Assembly (NCBI GenBank): GCA_004555865.1 | Contig: SFJO01000002.1 | Location: 90,201 to 154,200, forward strand | Direction of reading: 5' to 3' | Source of the DNA: Oscillospiraceae bacterium | GTDB lineage: Bacteria; Bacillota; Clostridia; Oscillospirales; Ruminococcaceae | DNA length: 64,000 nt | In this document: in pieces, positions 18,285 to 28,495 of the stretch | How the letters are laid out: the number at the start of each line of letters is the position of its first letter | Position numbering within the stretch: the first letter of the stretch is position 1 | Position numbers and translations under genes: made by a program | Notes under the pieces: generated by a model | The model's database searches: none | What the model saw: the letters and a program-made list of their open reading frames with translations, nothing else | What the model was told of the DNA's origin: nothing

Positions 18285-19739
18285 TCAACCCACCAGATAC
18301 AGCAGCAGAGGTGCCAGCGCCACCGCGGCGCTCAGGGCAAAGCGCGCCCAGAGGGTGCCACCGTCCACGGCCAGGCTGCCCTCCCGCTGGGGGCGGCTGG
18401 CCCGCCATGGGGCATACAAAACCAGCATACCGCCCACGGCCAGCACCAGAACCGCCATCAAAAGGGCATCGGTATTCTGCAAAGCCCCTTCCGACAGGCG
18501 GCCCAGCAAATTCACCAGGGCATCCCCTTCCCGGCTCCAGGGCTTCAGCCGCCCGGCCAGCATCCAGCGCAGGTTCATCTCGCCGGAGTACACCGCCGTG
18601 TAGGTGAGCACCGAGCAGCCGAAATAGGCCGCCCCGGCCGCCGCTTCCAGCAGCACGGTCTGCTTGGCATAGCCCGGCCACACCAGCAGCGCCAGTGCAG
18701 CACAGGGGGCCAGCACCACGGCCCAATAGGGGTAGGCCGCCGCGCCGATGAAAAAGCTGCCGTATCCGGCCAGCACGGCCCACAGCGCCCAGGCCGGGCG
18801 GGCCTGCTCGTCCATACGGCTGAGCCAGCACACCAGCACCGTGGCCCCAAACAGAAGCACAAAGGCCGAAATGGTTGCACCGCCCAGGTCCAAGTTGCGG
18901 CCGAACAAAAAGCGAATGAACCGCCGCTCGTCAAACTGGGTGGGGGTATTCATTTTGTCCCGCAGGAACAGCAGCTTCGACAGCAGCGACAGACTGCACG
19001 CCCCAGCGCTTGCCCCGGCAATGCGCCACAGCCGCTTTTCTTCCAACAGCAACAGGGGCAGAAAGACCATGAGGGCGAACATCTTAAAGGTGACGGCCAG
19101 GGCAAACCAGCCGATGAAGCCCCGCTCATCCTTTTTCAGCCAGGCCCACAGGCCCATCAGGGTGAAGAACACATTGAAAATGTCGATCTGCCCAATGCAG
19201 AACAGGCCGTTCAGCAGAAACAGCGAGGTGGAAAAGCCCCAGCAGGCCCACAGGCCCTGCTCCTTTGGGCGGCCCAGCTGGCGGGCAATGCCCAGAATCG
19301 CCCAGTTTGCCCCCACAAAGGGCAGCATTCCGGCCAAGCGCACCCACACCATGGCGATGAGGTTGGTCTCAAAGGTCAGGCCGGTGGCCAGTTCCCACAG
19401 GTACACCGGCAGGTTCCACACCGCAAGCAGCACATACACCCAAATGTCGTAGGGCACCTCGCCGGTCTGGCCGGTGGCCTGGCCGATGGGCAGCGCCGTG
19501 GCCAGCTGGTAAAACTGATTCAGGCGGCCGGTGCGCAGCGCATCCCAAAAGCTGATGCTGTGGCGCACGATCAGGGGCAGGTCGGTGTAGTTGTAGCACA
19601 CCAGGCACACCGCCAGCAGCACGGTCAGGGCGGCCCAGCGCACCCGGCCCGGGGCCGCCTGGGTTGCGGGAAGTTCCGGCTGCCCGAACACCCCCAGCCG
19701 GGGCAAAGGGTGCCGTTTCTGATTCTTCGCAGCGGTCAT
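18285..19739 (-). CDS. Polytopic integral membrane protein, function unknown (GT-C / polymerase-like topology)
   Basis: 484-aa ORF with ATG and AGAGGAG RBS. Many hydrophobic helices run throughout (LTVLLAVCLVCY, WVYVLLAVWNLPVYLW, FALMVFLPLLLL, and others). No soluble domain was recognised. Confidence 0.6.
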   Translation of the reverse strand: MTAAKNQKRHPLPRLGVFGQPELPATQAAPGRVRWAALTVLLAVCLVCYNYTDLPLIVRHSISFWDALRTGRLNQFYQLATALPIGQATGQTGEVPYDIWVYVLLAVWNLPVYLWELATGLTFETNLIAMVWVRLAGMLPFVGANWAILGIARQLGRPKEQGLWACWGFSTSLFLLNGLFCIGQIDIFNVFFTLMGLWAWLKKDERGFIGWFALAVTFKMFALMVFLPLLLLEEKRLWRIAGASAGACSLSLLSKLLFLRDKMNTPTQFDERRFIRFLFGRNLDLGGATISAFVLLFGATVLVCWLSRMDEQARPAWALWAVLAGYGSFFIGAAAYPYWAVVLAPCAALALLVWPGYAKQTVLLEAAAGAAYFGCSVLTYTAVYSGEMNLRWMLAGRLKPWSREGDALVNLLGRLSEGALQNTDALLMAVLVLAVGGMLVLYAPWRASRPQREGSLAVDGGTLWARFALSAAVALAPLLLYLVG

Positions 19740-19796
19740 GGCAAAAACTCCTCTTGTCTTTCGTGTGGCTGTTTCACTTCCGGCAAACTTCCATGC

Positions 19797-19866
19797 AAAA
19801 AGGCCGTCGTACCGCGCCTGGGCCGTATAGGGTCAGGGGCGCGGCACAGGCGGCCTTTGCTTTTTT
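19797..19866. terminator. Two-tier hairpin terminator after ribF
   Basis: AAAGGCCG..ACCGCGCC / GGCGCGGC..CGGCCTTT with T/A tracts on both sides. It lies 25 nt downstream of the ribF stop. Confidence 0.5.
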
Positions 19867-19890
19867 GCGTTGGGGCATTGGGCGCTTGAT

Positions 19891-20820
19891 TCAGCGCAGC
19901 GGCGCAGCATCAAAATACTTTCGGGCTTTTTCGGCGGCATTCATCACGCAGGCGGTCAGATCGTCCAGATGGGCGAATTTGCGGCTGGGCTCCAGAAATG
20001 CATAGAACTCCACCACCGGGCGCTGGCCATACAGCTGCCCGTCAAAGCCCGGAATGAAGGTCTCGCAGGTGGCTGCCGCCCCCTCCTCGCTCACCGTGGG
20101 CCTCCGGCCGAAGCCGGTCGCGCTGGGGTACCAGGTACCGTCCACCAGCGTGCGGGTGATGTACACCCCCTCTTCGGGGGTCTGGAACCCGGCCGGGTAC
20201 ACCTGATTCAGTGTGGGAAAGCCCAGCGTATGGCCGAGGCCCTTTCCCCGCTGCACCGGAAAGTCGATCTGATACGGCGCGCCCAGCATGGCGTTGGCGG
20301 CGGGCACATCACCGTGCAGCAGCGCATAACGGATGCGGGTGCTGCTCACCGGGCGGCCCTCAAACATCTGCATGGGCACCACCTGAAGGGTCAGGCCCCG
20401 CTGGGCGCACAGCTGCTCCAGCACCTCCACGTTTCCGGCCTTGTTCCTGCCAAAGGTAAAGTTTTCGCCGCAGCACAGCACCTTGGCCCTAAAACAGCCC
20501 ACCAGCAGATCGTCCACGAACTGCTCCGGCGTCAGGCTTCGGAACTCTTCAAAGGCCGGGGCCATGTAGTGCTGCACCCCCATGGCCGCCACCCGACGGT
20601 GCTTTTCCTCGGTGGGCAGCAGGCGCGGGCCTTTGATACGGCTTTCCGGCGGCAGGCGGAAGGTAAACAGCGCCGGGGCCAGGCCCTGCCGCCGGGCGGC
20701 TTCCACCGCCGTTTGGATTACCGCCTGATGGCCCTTATGCACACCGTCAAAAAAACCCATCGCCACGGCGCTGCCCTGCAGGGGCACCGCCATGGCCCGC
20801 ATCTGCTGGGCCACTTCCAT
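19891..20820 (-). CDS. ribF: Bifunctional riboflavin kinase / FMN adenylyltransferase
   Basis: 309 aa with AVAMGFFDGVHKGHQ at the N-terminus and a C-terminal riboflavin-kinase domain (GFPTLN, RPTV). Last gene of the nusA-infB operon. Confidence 0.92.
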   Translation of the reverse strand: MEVAQQMRAMAVPLQGSAVAMGFFDGVHKGHQAVIQTAVEAARRQGLAPALFTFRLPPESRIKGPRLLPTEEKHRRVAAMGVQHYMAPAFEEFRSLTPEQFVDDLLVGCFRAKVLCCGENFTFGRNKAGNVEVLEQLCAQRGLTLQVVPMQMFEGRPVSSTRIRYALLHGDVPAANAMLGAPYQIDFPVQRGKGLGHTLGFPTLNQVYPAGFQTPEEGVYITRTLVDGTWYPSATGFGRRPTVSEEGAAATCETFIPGFDGQLYGQRPVVEFYAFLEPSRKFAHLDDLTACVMNAAEKARKYFDAAPLR

Positions 20821-20825
20821 TCGCT

Positions 20826-21734
20826 TTAACCTCTCTCCACAAACAATTTTTCCACCTTCAGGGTACCGCCCTCGGTGCGGGCCAGCCCCAGAAAGGTTCC
20901 ATCCGTCCCATACACACGCCAGCGGCCGTCCGGCTTCCGGCAGCGGTAGGTGGGGGCACCGTTCATCAGGCGGGCCACCGTTGCCTCATCGGCCTGATAC
21001 TCGGGCAGGTGGGCAAACACGGTATCCGTCGGCAGAAGCAGCTCGGCCAGGGTGCCGTTTTGCTTTGCCTCATAAATTTCTTCCAGCGTATGGCTGTCCT
21101 CCAGCCGGTATTCTCCCGCCTGAAGCCGCTGCAGGGCGGACATGGTGGCCGGTACTCCCAGGGCGCGGCCGATGTCCTCCAGCAGCACCCGCACATAGGT
21201 GCCCTTGGAGCAGGCGATCTTCAGCCGGTATTCATCCGGCCCGGCCTGGCCCATGTAGTCGAGGGAATACACGGTGATGGGCCGCGGGGTACGCTCCACC
21301 TCCAGCCCCTGGCGGGCCGCCTTGTAAAGGGGCTGCCCGTTCACTTTCACGGCGGAGTACATGGGCGGAAGCTGCATCTGCTGCCCCAAAAAACGGGGCA
21401 GAACCTTCTGCAGCTCCTGCGCGCCCACATTCACAGGGGCGGTGCGGGTCACGGTACCGGTGATGTCGCCGGTGTCCGTGGCCATGCCCAGGCGCATGGT
21501 TGCCAGATAGGTCTTATCGTGGTTTTCCTGCATATCCACTGCTTTGCGGGCCATGCCCACAAACACGGGCAGAACGCCGGTGGCCATGGGGTCCAGCGTT
21601 CCGGAATGCCCCAGCCCCCGGGTGCCCAGCACCCCGCGCAGCTTTGCCAGCACGTCAAAGCTGGTCCAGCCGGTGGGTTTGTTCACCACCAGAATGCCCT
21701 GATACGGACTTGGGCCTTCATTCCTTCTGCTCAC
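20826..21734 (-). CDS. truB: tRNA pseudouridine(55) synthase
   Basis: 302 aa with GILVVNKPTGWTSFDVLAKLR and GHSGTLDPMATGVL (catalytic Asp motif). GTG start lies 10 nt after AAGGAG and overlaps the nrnA end by 17 nt. Confidence 0.92.
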   Translation of the reverse strand: MSRRNEGPSPYQGILVVNKPTGWTSFDVLAKLRGVLGTRGLGHSGTLDPMATGVLPVFVGMARKAVDMQENHDKTYLATMRLGMATDTGDITGTVTRTAPVNVGAQELQKVLPRFLGQQMQLPPMYSAVKVNGQPLYKAARQGLEVERTPRPITVYSLDYMGQAGPDEYRLKIACSKGTYVRVLLEDIGRALGVPATMSALQRLQAGEYRLEDSHTLEEIYEAKQNGTLAELLLPTDTVFAHLPEYQADEATVARLMNGAPTYRCRKPDGRWRVYGTDGTFLGLARTEGGTLKVEKLFVERG

Positions 21735-22689
21735 AGCGCGCCAGCTCCTTCTTCACTTCGGCCAGAACGGCAGCCTTGGCATTGTCCAGGTTGCCCATCA
21801 GCTCACAGCCGGCCGCCCGCACATGGCCGCCGCCGCCCAGGCGTTTTGCAATGGCGCAGGCATCCACCTCATCGGTGGTGCGCACGCTGATCTTATAGCT
21901 TCCGCCGGGCTGCTGGCGCAGGGTCAGGCCCACCTCCACGCCCTCAATGGCGCGGGGCAGGCTGGTCAGATCCTCCAGGTCGCTGGGGGCTACCCCGCTG
22001 GAGAGAATGTCCTCCCGCGTCAGGTAGATCAACGCGCAGCGGCCGTCAAAATAGTACTCCAGGTTGTTCAGGGCCAGGCGCTCGGCCTCCACCCGCTGGG
22101 GCTTTTTGCTCTCGAACAGGCGGGCGTTCAGCTCGCTTGCGCGGGCCCCCGCCTCCATCAGCCAGGCAGCCGTAATGTGGCTGCGGGCCGTGGTGTTGGC
22201 AAAACGGAAGCAGCCGGTGTCGGTGGCAATGCCGGTGTACAGGCAGTCAGCGATCTGGGCGGTGATTTCCACCCCCATCTGCCCCAGCAGATCGTACATG
22301 ATCTCGGAGGCAGCCGCCGCGTCTGCATCCAGCAGGGTGGCGTCGGCATAGCCGGAGTTGCTGGAATGATGGTCGATGCACAGCTCGATCTGATCCACAT
22401 ACCGCTGCAGGGCATCGCCGAACAGCTGAATGCCTGCCACGTCCACTGCCACCACATGGGCGGGGGTGAACTGGCCCTCGAAGCACTCAATGTTCAGATA
22501 ATCATACTGCGCGGGAATGGGGTCGTTGCACAGCACCGCCGCCTGCTTGTTCAGCGCGTGAAAGGCCCAGTACAGTGCCGCGCCGCAGCCCAGAGTGTCG
22601 CCGTCCGGGTTTTTATGGCACAGTATGAGCACATTGTCCATGTCACACAGCCGCTGCGCGGTCTGGCTCAGATCCAGAAATTCAGTCAT
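21718..22689 (-). CDS. nrnA: DHH/DHHA1 phosphoesterase (NrnA-type oligoribonuclease / pAp phosphatase)
   Basis: Trimmed to ATG 22689 (MTEFLDLSQ), preceded by AGGAGGAG. Motifs HKNPDGDTLG, DHH (CIDHHSSN) and GGGH are present. Confidence 0.85.
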   Translation of the reverse strand: MTEFLDLSQTAQRLCDMDNVLILCHKNPDGDTLGCGAALYWAFHALNKQAAVLCNDPIPAQYDYLNIECFEGQFTPAHVVAVDVAGIQLFGDALQRYVDQIELCIDHHSSNSGYADATLLDADAAAASEIMYDLLGQMGVEITAQIADCLYTGIATDTGCFRFANTTARSHITAAWLMEAGARASELNARLFESKKPQRVEAERLALNNLEYYFDGRCALIYLTREDILSSGVAPSDLEDLTSLPRAIEGVEVGLTLRQQPGGSYKISVRTTDEVDACAIAKRLGGGGHVRAAGCELMGNLDNAKAAVLAEVKKELARCEQKE

Positions 22690-22754
22690 GGTCTCCTCCT
22701 GGCGGGGTGTTTCGCGGTGCAAGGAACCCCGCACGGCAGCCCCTCCGCTGCCTG

Positions 22755-23138
22755 TTACTCCTCTTCGCCGGCGGCCTCGGCGGGCGCTGCGCCCTCCTGC
22801 AGGTCTGCCAGCAGCTGGTTGATGTGGGCCGCATAGGCAGCGCCCTCATCCACCACAAATACAAACCGGGGGGCCTTCCGGATGTGCATCCGGCGGCTGA
22901 TCTCGGTGCGCACGTGGCCCGATGCCTTGTTCAGGGCCGCCACTGCGCCTTCGGGGCCGTCCTTGCGGCCCATCACACTGATGTGCACCTTGGCCACATC
23001 CAGATCCGGGGTCACATCCAGCCGGGTGACGGTCAGCAGGCCTTCGGCCAGGCGAGGGTCCTTCATCTGGCCGATGATCCCGATCAGCTCCCGCTTCATA
23101 TCCTGGGCCATCCGGCCCTGGTTCTTGCTGTTTGCCAT
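22755..23138 (-). CDS. rbfA: Ribosome-binding factor A
   Basis: Trimmed to ATG 23138 (MANSKNQGRMAQDMKRELIGIIGQMKDPRL). Typical RbfA size (127 aa) and position after infB. Confidence 0.9.
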   Translation of the reverse strand: MANSKNQGRMAQDMKRELIGIIGQMKDPRLAEGLLTVTRLDVTPDLDVAKVHISVMGRKDGPEGAVAALNKASGHVRTEISRRMHIRKAPRFVFVVDEGAAYAAHINQLLADLQEGAAPAEAAGEEE

Positions 23139-23266
23139 TTGTTCTCTCCTATGGCAGGGCTGCACCCTCCTTCCGCCAGGCGGTTGGAACGGCACAGCCC
23201 TGCCCTGTTCCCGTTACGGGTTTCTTTCTTCAAAAGCAGGCCGGGAACGCAGCGCGCTGCGGAATA

Positions 23267-26029
23267 TCAATCCCGGTACTCCTCCAGCACATAGGCCTCG
23301 AAGACGTCGCCTTCCTTCACGTCGGCAAACTTCTCCAGCGTAACGCCGCACTCGTAGCCCTGGGCCACATCCTTCACGTCGTCCTTGAAGCGGCGCAGGC
23401 TGCTGATCTCATCCTCGGCCATAACGATGCCGTCACGCACAACGCGGATCTTGCTGGCGCGGGTCACCTTGCCCTCGGTCACGTAGCAGCCGGCCACCTG
23501 GCCCACGCTGCTGATCTTGTACACCTGACGCACTTCCAGACGGCCCTGCTCCACTTCGCGGATCTTGGGGGCCAGCATACCCTTCATTGCGTCGGTCACA
23601 TCGTTGATGGCGTCGTAGATGACGCGGTACATACGCATCTCCACTTCCGCCTTGGCGGCCTCTTCTTTGGCGATGGGGTCGGGGCGCACGTTGAAGCCGA
23701 TGATGATGGCGTTGCTGGCGTCGGCCAGCATCACGTCGCTGGTGTTGATGGCACCGACACCGGCGTGGATGACCTTCACCCGCACCTCGTCGTTGCTGAT
23801 CTTCTCCAGGCTCTGCTTCACAGCCTCGGCGCTGCCCTGCACGTCCGCCTTCACGATGATGTCCAGCTGCTTGCGCTCGCCCTCGGCGATCTGGCTGAAC
23901 AGGTTATCCAGAGTGGTCTTCTGGTAGCTGGCGAACTGCTTCTCCTTGGCTTCCTCGGCGCGCTTGTCGGCCAGTTCACGGGCCAGGCGCTCATCCTGCA
24001 CGGCCTCGAACAGGTCGCCGGCGGCGGGCACCTCGGTCAGGCCGGTGATCTCCACGGGGGTGGAGGGGCCGGCCTCGTCAATGCTGCGGCCCTTATCGTT
24101 GCGCATGGTACGCACACGGCCCACAGCGGTACCGGCAATGATGCAGTCGCCCTTGCGCAGGGTACCGTTCTGCACCAGAATGGTGGCGATGGGGCCCTGG
24201 CCCTTGTCCAGACGGGCTTCCACCACGGCGCCCTTGGCGCGGCGGTTGGGGTTGGCCTTCAGCTCCTTCACTTCCGCCACCAGATTGATGTTCTCCAGCA
24301 GCTCGTGAATGCCCATGCCGGTCATGGCAGAAACGGGCACGCAGATCACATCGCCGCCCCAGGCTTCCGGAACCAGCTCATACTTGGTCAGCTGCTCCAT
24401 CACGCGCTCGGGGTTGGCGGTGGGCTTATCCATCTTGTTGATGGCCACAATGATGGACACATTGGCAGCCTTGGCATGGTTGATGGACTCAATGGTCTGG
24501 GGCATGATGCCGTCGTCGGCAGCCACCACCAGAACCGCAATGTCGGTCATGTTCGCGCCGCGGGCACGCATGCTGGTGAACGCCTCATGGCCCGGGGTAT
24601 CCAGGAAGGTGATGGGCTTGCCGTCCACACTGACCTGGTACGCGCCGATGTGCTGGGTGATGCCGCCGGCCTCGCCCTGGGTCACATGGGTCTTGCGGAT
24701 GGCGTCCAGAATGCTGGTCTTGCCGTGGTCAACGTGACCCATAACCACCACAACAGGGGGACGCTCCACCAGATCGGCCTCGTTGTCCTCTTCCACCTCG
24801 AACAGACGCTCCTCGATGGAAACATGGACCTCATGCTCGACCTTGGCGTGGAATTCCTCGGCCACCAGAGAGGCGGTGTCAAAATCCACCACGTCGTTCA
24901 CGGTGTGCATCTCGCCCATCATCATGAACTTCTTGATGACCTCGGCGGCGCTCTTCTTCAGGCGGGTGGCCAGCTCGCCCACGGTGATCTCATCGGGGAT
25001 CATCACCTTCAGCTGGGCCTTGCGGGCCTTCTCCAGCTGGATGCGCTGCAGCTTCTCGGCCTCGGTCTCACGGCGGCGCTGGAAGGGCTGGTTCTTCTTG
25101 TTCCGGTTGTTGAACTTCTGCTTGTTGCCGGCTGGCGTGGGCTTGCGGCGGTTCTCCACGGGCTTGGTGGAGGCCAGCTCGGTGTAGCGCTCGTTGTACT
25201 TATCCAGGTTGGTGTCGCTGGTGCGGGTGTCCACGGTCACAGTCACCTGCTCGCGCTTGATCTGCACGGGCTGGGCGCTGGCCTGGCCCGGCTTGAAGGC
25301 GGGCTGCGCCTGACGGCCGCTCTTGCCGGTGTTCTCCGGCTTCTTATGCTCGGGCTTCTTGGCAGCCTGCGCGGCAGCCTGGGCAAAGCGGGCAGCCTTC
25401 TCGGCAGCGGCCTTCTCAGCGGCCGCTTTTTTGGCAGCGGCTTCCTCGGCGGCGGCCTTTTCCGCAGCGGCCTTTTCGGCGGCAGCCTTCTCGGCAGCAG
25501 CCTTGGCGGCGGCTTCGGCGGCCGCTTTTTCAGCCGCAGCCTTCTCGGCGGCGGCCTTTTCCGCAGCAGCCTTCTCGGCGGCGGCGCGCTCCGCCACTTC
25601 CTGGGCGTGCTGGGCCACCTGCTGGCGGCGCTTCTTGCCGTGGGCCAGCTCCACGATGGAACCGTCGGCGCGGCGCAGCACAGCGGCAGGCTCCACTTCC
25701 TGCTTCGGTTCTTCCTTCTTCGCGGGGGCAGCCTCCTCCTTGGCGGCAGGGGCGGCGGGCTTCTCGGCGGCCTTGGGGGCTGCCTTCTTCTCCGCCTTGA
25801 CGGGGGCAGACTTCTGCTCGCTCTCAAAATAGGCGGTCAGGTCCTGCTCCTGAGCGCCCTTGGTCAGCTGATCCATCACCAGGTTCAGCTCTTCTTTGCT
25901 CAGGTTTGCGCCGGGCTTCTTGGCCTCGCCGGTCACGGCGGCCAGCTCGTCGATCACCTGCTTGGCAGGCTGGCCCAGGTCCCGGGCCAGGTCACTCACT
26001 TTATACTTAATCAGCAAATCGTTCGCCAT
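23267..26029 (-). CDS. infB: Translation initiation factor IF-2
   Basis: 920 aa with a GTPase domain ([28 protein letters not shown]) and the conserved C-terminal domains. The N-terminal region is an Ala/Glu/Lys-rich repeat. Confidence 0.96.
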   Translation of the reverse strand: MANDLLIKYKVSDLARDLGQPAKQVIDELAAVTGEAKKPGANLSKEELNLVMDQLTKGAQEQDLTAYFESEQKSAPVKAEKKAAPKAAEKPAAPAAKEEAAPAKKEEPKQEVEPAAVLRRADGSIVELAHGKKRRQQVAQHAQEVAERAAAEKAAAEKAAAEKAAAEKAAAEAAAKAAAEKAAAEKAAAEKAAAEEAAAKKAAAEKAAAEKAARFAQAAAQAAKKPEHKKPENTGKSGRQAQPAFKPGQASAQPVQIKREQVTVTVDTRTSDTNLDKYNERYTELASTKPVENRRKPTPAGNKQKFNNRNKKNQPFQRRRETEAEKLQRIQLEKARKAQLKVMIPDEITVGELATRLKKSAAEVIKKFMMMGEMHTVNDVVDFDTASLVAEEFHAKVEHEVHVSIEERLFEVEEDNEADLVERPPVVVVMGHVDHGKTSILDAIRKTHVTQGEAGGITQHIGAYQVSVDGKPITFLDTPGHEAFTSMRARGANMTDIAVLVVAADDGIMPQTIESINHAKAANVSIIVAINKMDKPTANPERVMEQLTKYELVPEAWGGDVICVPVSAMTGMGIHELLENINLVAEVKELKANPNRRAKGAVVEARLDKGQGPIATILVQNGTLRKGDCIIAGTAVGRVRTMRNDKGRSIDEAGPSTPVEITGLTEVPAAGDLFEAVQDERLARELADKRAEEAKEKQFASYQKTTLDNLFSQIAEGERKQLDIIVKADVQGSAEAVKQSLEKISNDEVRVKVIHAGVGAINTSDVMLADASNAIIIGFNVRPDPIAKEEAAKAEVEMRMYRVIYDAINDVTDAMKGMLAPKIREVEQGRLEVRQVYKISSVGQVAGCYVTEGKVTRASKIRVVRDGIVMAEDEISSLRRFKDDVKDVAQGYECGVTLEKFADVKEGDVFEAYVLEEYRD

Positions 26030-26363
26030 TCGCTTTTTCCTCCTTCTCTGTATGAGGCAGGCCGCTCAGGTGCTTTTCGCACAGGCGGGCCAGGTTTTCG
26101 TCCGTAACGGCATATACGCCCACAGGCTTATGGGTCACAGCGCACAACTGTTCCTGGGTGAGCGGCATGGACTGAACGTGCAGAATGCCCTCACAGAATT
26201 CTCTGGTTTTGCGGGCGGTGCGGGGGCTGATGTCCTGAGCCGTAAGCACCAGAACCGCCTTGCCCTTCATCACGCTTTCGGCCACGGCGTCAAAGCCCAT
26301 GACCAGTTTGCCTGCCTTGCGGCACAGGCCCAGCGCGCCCAGCATCAGGTTCTGGTCAGCCAT
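26007..26363 (-). CDS. ylxQ: L7Ae/L30e-family RNA-binding protein (YlxQ-like)
   Basis: Trimmed to ATG 26363 ([27 protein letters not shown]), preceded by GGGAGGTG. Conserved position between ylxR and infB. Overlaps the infB start by 23 nt. Confidence 0.8.
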   Translation of the reverse strand: MADQNLMLGALGLCRKAGKLVMGFDAVAESVMKGKAVLVLTAQDISPRTARKTREFCEGILHVQSMPLTQEQLCAVTHKPVGVYAVTDENLARLCEKHLSGLPHTEKEEKANGERFAD

Positions 26364-26631
26364 CCGCTTCACCTCCCAATTCCTTCTCCAGCCGGTCGTA
26401 TACCTCCGGGGGGATGGGCTGCTCGAAGGCATGCTCCAGCCGCTTGGCCTTGCGTGCCTTGGCCAGGCACTGGGTGCTGCGGCACAGGTAAGCCCCGCGG
26501 CCGGGCATCTTGCCGGTCAAATCCACGTTGATTGCCCCCTCGGCGCTGCGCACAATGCGCACCAGCTCCTTTTTGGGCTTGCCCTCATTGCAGCCGACGC
26601 AGCGGCGAATGGGTACTTTTCTCGGTTGCAT
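26356..26631 (-). CDS. ylxR: YlxR/RnpM family RNA-binding protein (DUF448)
   Basis: 91 aa with RRCVGCNEGKPKKELVRIV..GRGAYLC. Conserved position after nusA. Confidence 0.85.
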   Translation of the reverse strand: MQPRKVPIRRCVGCNEGKPKKELVRIVRSAEGAINVDLTGKMPGRGAYLCRSTQCLAKARKAKRLEHAFEQPIPPEVYDRLEKELGGEADG

Positions 26632-26663
26632 GTTCCTTCTTCAGCTCCTTTGTTCCGGCGAGA

Positions 26664-27746
26664 TTATTCCTGCGCTTCTTTGGCAGGGCGCTCCTCGCCG
26701 TAATAGCCGCTCTCGGGGCAGATGTCAATATTATAGCCGGTCAGGCGGGCGCACAGGCGGGCGTTCTGGCCCTTGTTGCCGATGGCCAGGCTCAGCTGGT
26801 TGTCGGGCACCGTCACGCGGCAGGAGCGGTTCTCGCCGTCCAGAATCTCCACGTTCAGCACCTTGGCGGGGCTGAGGGCGGCGCTGATGAACTCGCTCAC
26901 GTCCTCGCTCCACTTCACCACGTCGATCTTCTCGCCGTTCAGCTCCTCCACGATCTTGGAGACGCGGGCGCCGTGGGCACCGATGCAGGCGCCCTGGGGG
27001 TCCACGTTGGGGTCCTTGCTGGCCACGGCGATCTTGGTGCGCATACCGGCCTCGCGGCTGATGGCCTTGATCTCCACGGTACCGTCGAAGATCTCGGGCA
27101 CTTCCATCTCAAACATACGCTTCACAAGGCCGGGATGGGTGCGGCTGATGAGCACCTTGGGGCCGCGCTCGGTGACGGCCACGTCCACCACATACACCTG
27201 CACCACCTGACCCTCGGTGAAGGTCTCGCCAGGCACCTGCTCGTTCTTGGGCAGGTAGGCCTCGCCGCCCTTGCCCAAATCCAGGGCAACCACGCCGCGC
27301 AGGGTGTCGATGCGGGTGACGGTGCCGGTGACGATCTCATGCGCCTTGGACTGCATCTCGGTGAACTGCTGGTTGCGCTCGGCCTCGCGGATGCCCTGCC
27401 GAATCACGTGCTTGGCGGTCACAGCGGCAATGCGGCCGAACTCCTTGGTCTTGAGGGGGGTCACCAGCCGGTCGCCGGCCTCCAGGCTCTTGCGGAACTC
27501 ATGGGCCTGGGCCACGCTCACCTGGGTGTGAGGGTTCTCCACCTCTTCCACCACGTCCCGCACCAGGGACACATTGAACTTGCCCTTGGCCGGGTCGATC
27601 TCCACCAGAACGTTGTCGTCCTCCACCTCGTAGTCCTTCTTCACGGCGATGATGATGGCGTTGCTGATGCGCTCGATGAGATAATCGGCGGTCAGGCCGC
27701 GCTCTTTTTCCAACATGGCCAGGGCTTCAAAAAACTCTGCGTTCAT
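26664..27746 (-). CDS. nusA: Transcription termination/antitermination factor NusA
   Basis: Trimmed to ATG 27746 (MNAEFFEALAMLEKERG), preceded by GGGAGGA. S1 and KH domains are recognisable (GACIGAHGARV, AIGNKGQNARL). Confidence 0.94.
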   Translation of the reverse strand: MNAEFFEALAMLEKERGLTADYLIERISNAIIIAVKKDYEVEDDNVLVEIDPAKGKFNVSLVRDVVEEVENPHTQVSVAQAHEFRKSLEAGDRLVTPLKTKEFGRIAAVTAKHVIRQGIREAERNQQFTEMQSKAHEIVTGTVTRIDTLRGVVALDLGKGGEAYLPKNEQVPGETFTEGQVVQVYVVDVAVTERGPKVLISRTHPGLVKRMFEMEVPEIFDGTVEIKAISREAGMRTKIAVASKDPNVDPQGACIGAHGARVSKIVEELNGEKIDVVKWSEDVSEFISAALSPAKVLNVEILDGENRSCRVTVPDNQLSLAIGNKGQNARLCARLTGYNIDICPESGYYGEERPAKEAQE

Positions 27747-27929
27747 TTTTCTGGTATCCTCCCATGATCTGCGCCCCGAAACACGGGGCGGTCTGTTGTT
27801 TTGTTGGCTGCCGGGCCGCGCACTGCGGCGGCCGGCGGGGCGGCCCATCGGGAAATTCCGAAGCCGCCGTTTTCTGTTTTACGCAAGGTTATTTATGGAA
27901 TGCAGACCATCGGCCTGCGGGGTCACAGT

Positions 27930-28418
27930 TCAGAACAGGTCTTCATCGTCGCACAGCTTCACAAAGCTGGCGGCGGAAATGTCAAAGCTCACAGCGCCCT
28001 CAGCGGTGTCCAGCGTAACGGTGCCGCCCTCACGCCCGGCCAGAATGCCCTCCAGCTCCCGGCGGCCGGCCTCGTCCGGCCGGATGAGCCGCGCAGCCAC
28101 CTTCTGGCCCTTGAGCTTATCGTAATGCTCCTCCCGGGTCAGCCGGCGGCCCAGCCCCGGGCTGCCCACCTCCAGAAAGTAGCTCTGATCAATGGGGTCC
28201 GCCTCATCGATCACCGGATCAATGGCGTGGGAGACCAGCGCACAGGTGTCGGTGTCCATGGTGCCGTCGGGCTTGTCGATCAGCACGCGCAGGTACCAGT
28301 CCGGGCCTTCCTTTTCAAAGCGAACGTCCCAGAGGGAAAGGCCCATGCCCTCCACCACCGGGCGCACCAGCGTCTCCACAACACCTGCGGTATTTTTGCC
28401 TCCCGCCGTTTTTGCCAT
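27930..28418 (-). CDS. rimP: Ribosome maturation factor RimP
   Basis: Trimmed to ATG 28418 (MAKTAGGKNTAGVVETLVRPVVEGMGLSLWDVRFEKEG), preceded by GGGAGG. First gene upstream of nusA. Confidence 0.9.
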   Translation of the reverse strand: MAKTAGGKNTAGVVETLVRPVVEGMGLSLWDVRFEKEGPDWYLRVLIDKPDGTMDTDTCALVSHAIDPVIDEADPIDQSYFLEVGSPGLGRRLTREEHYDKLKGQKVAARLIRPDEAGRRELEGILAGREGGTVTLDTAEGAVSFDISAASFVKLCDDEDLF

Positions 28419-28440
28419 GCTTAAAAGCCTCCCACATACA

Positions 28441-28470
28441 AGAAGAGCGGACCTTGCGGTCCACTCTTCT
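28441..28470 (-). promoter_or_regulatory. Leader hairpin of the rimP-nusA operon (possible NusA-dependent attenuator)
   Basis: Minus strand has a 13-bp stem AGAAGAGUGGACC-GCAA-GGUCCGCUCUUCU followed by UGUAUGUG. It lies between the predicted promoter and the rimP RBS. Confidence 0.4.
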
Positions 28471-28495
28471 AAGTTAACTATCATCGTACTATGCC

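Noticed and set aside
18061-18300. Integrated element at tRNA-Pro (tRNA genes are integration hot spots, and an A/T-rich stretch lies next to the 3' end)
   Set aside because: There is no integrase or phage gene, and no direct repeat of the tRNA 3' end was found by eye in the flanking 600 bp.
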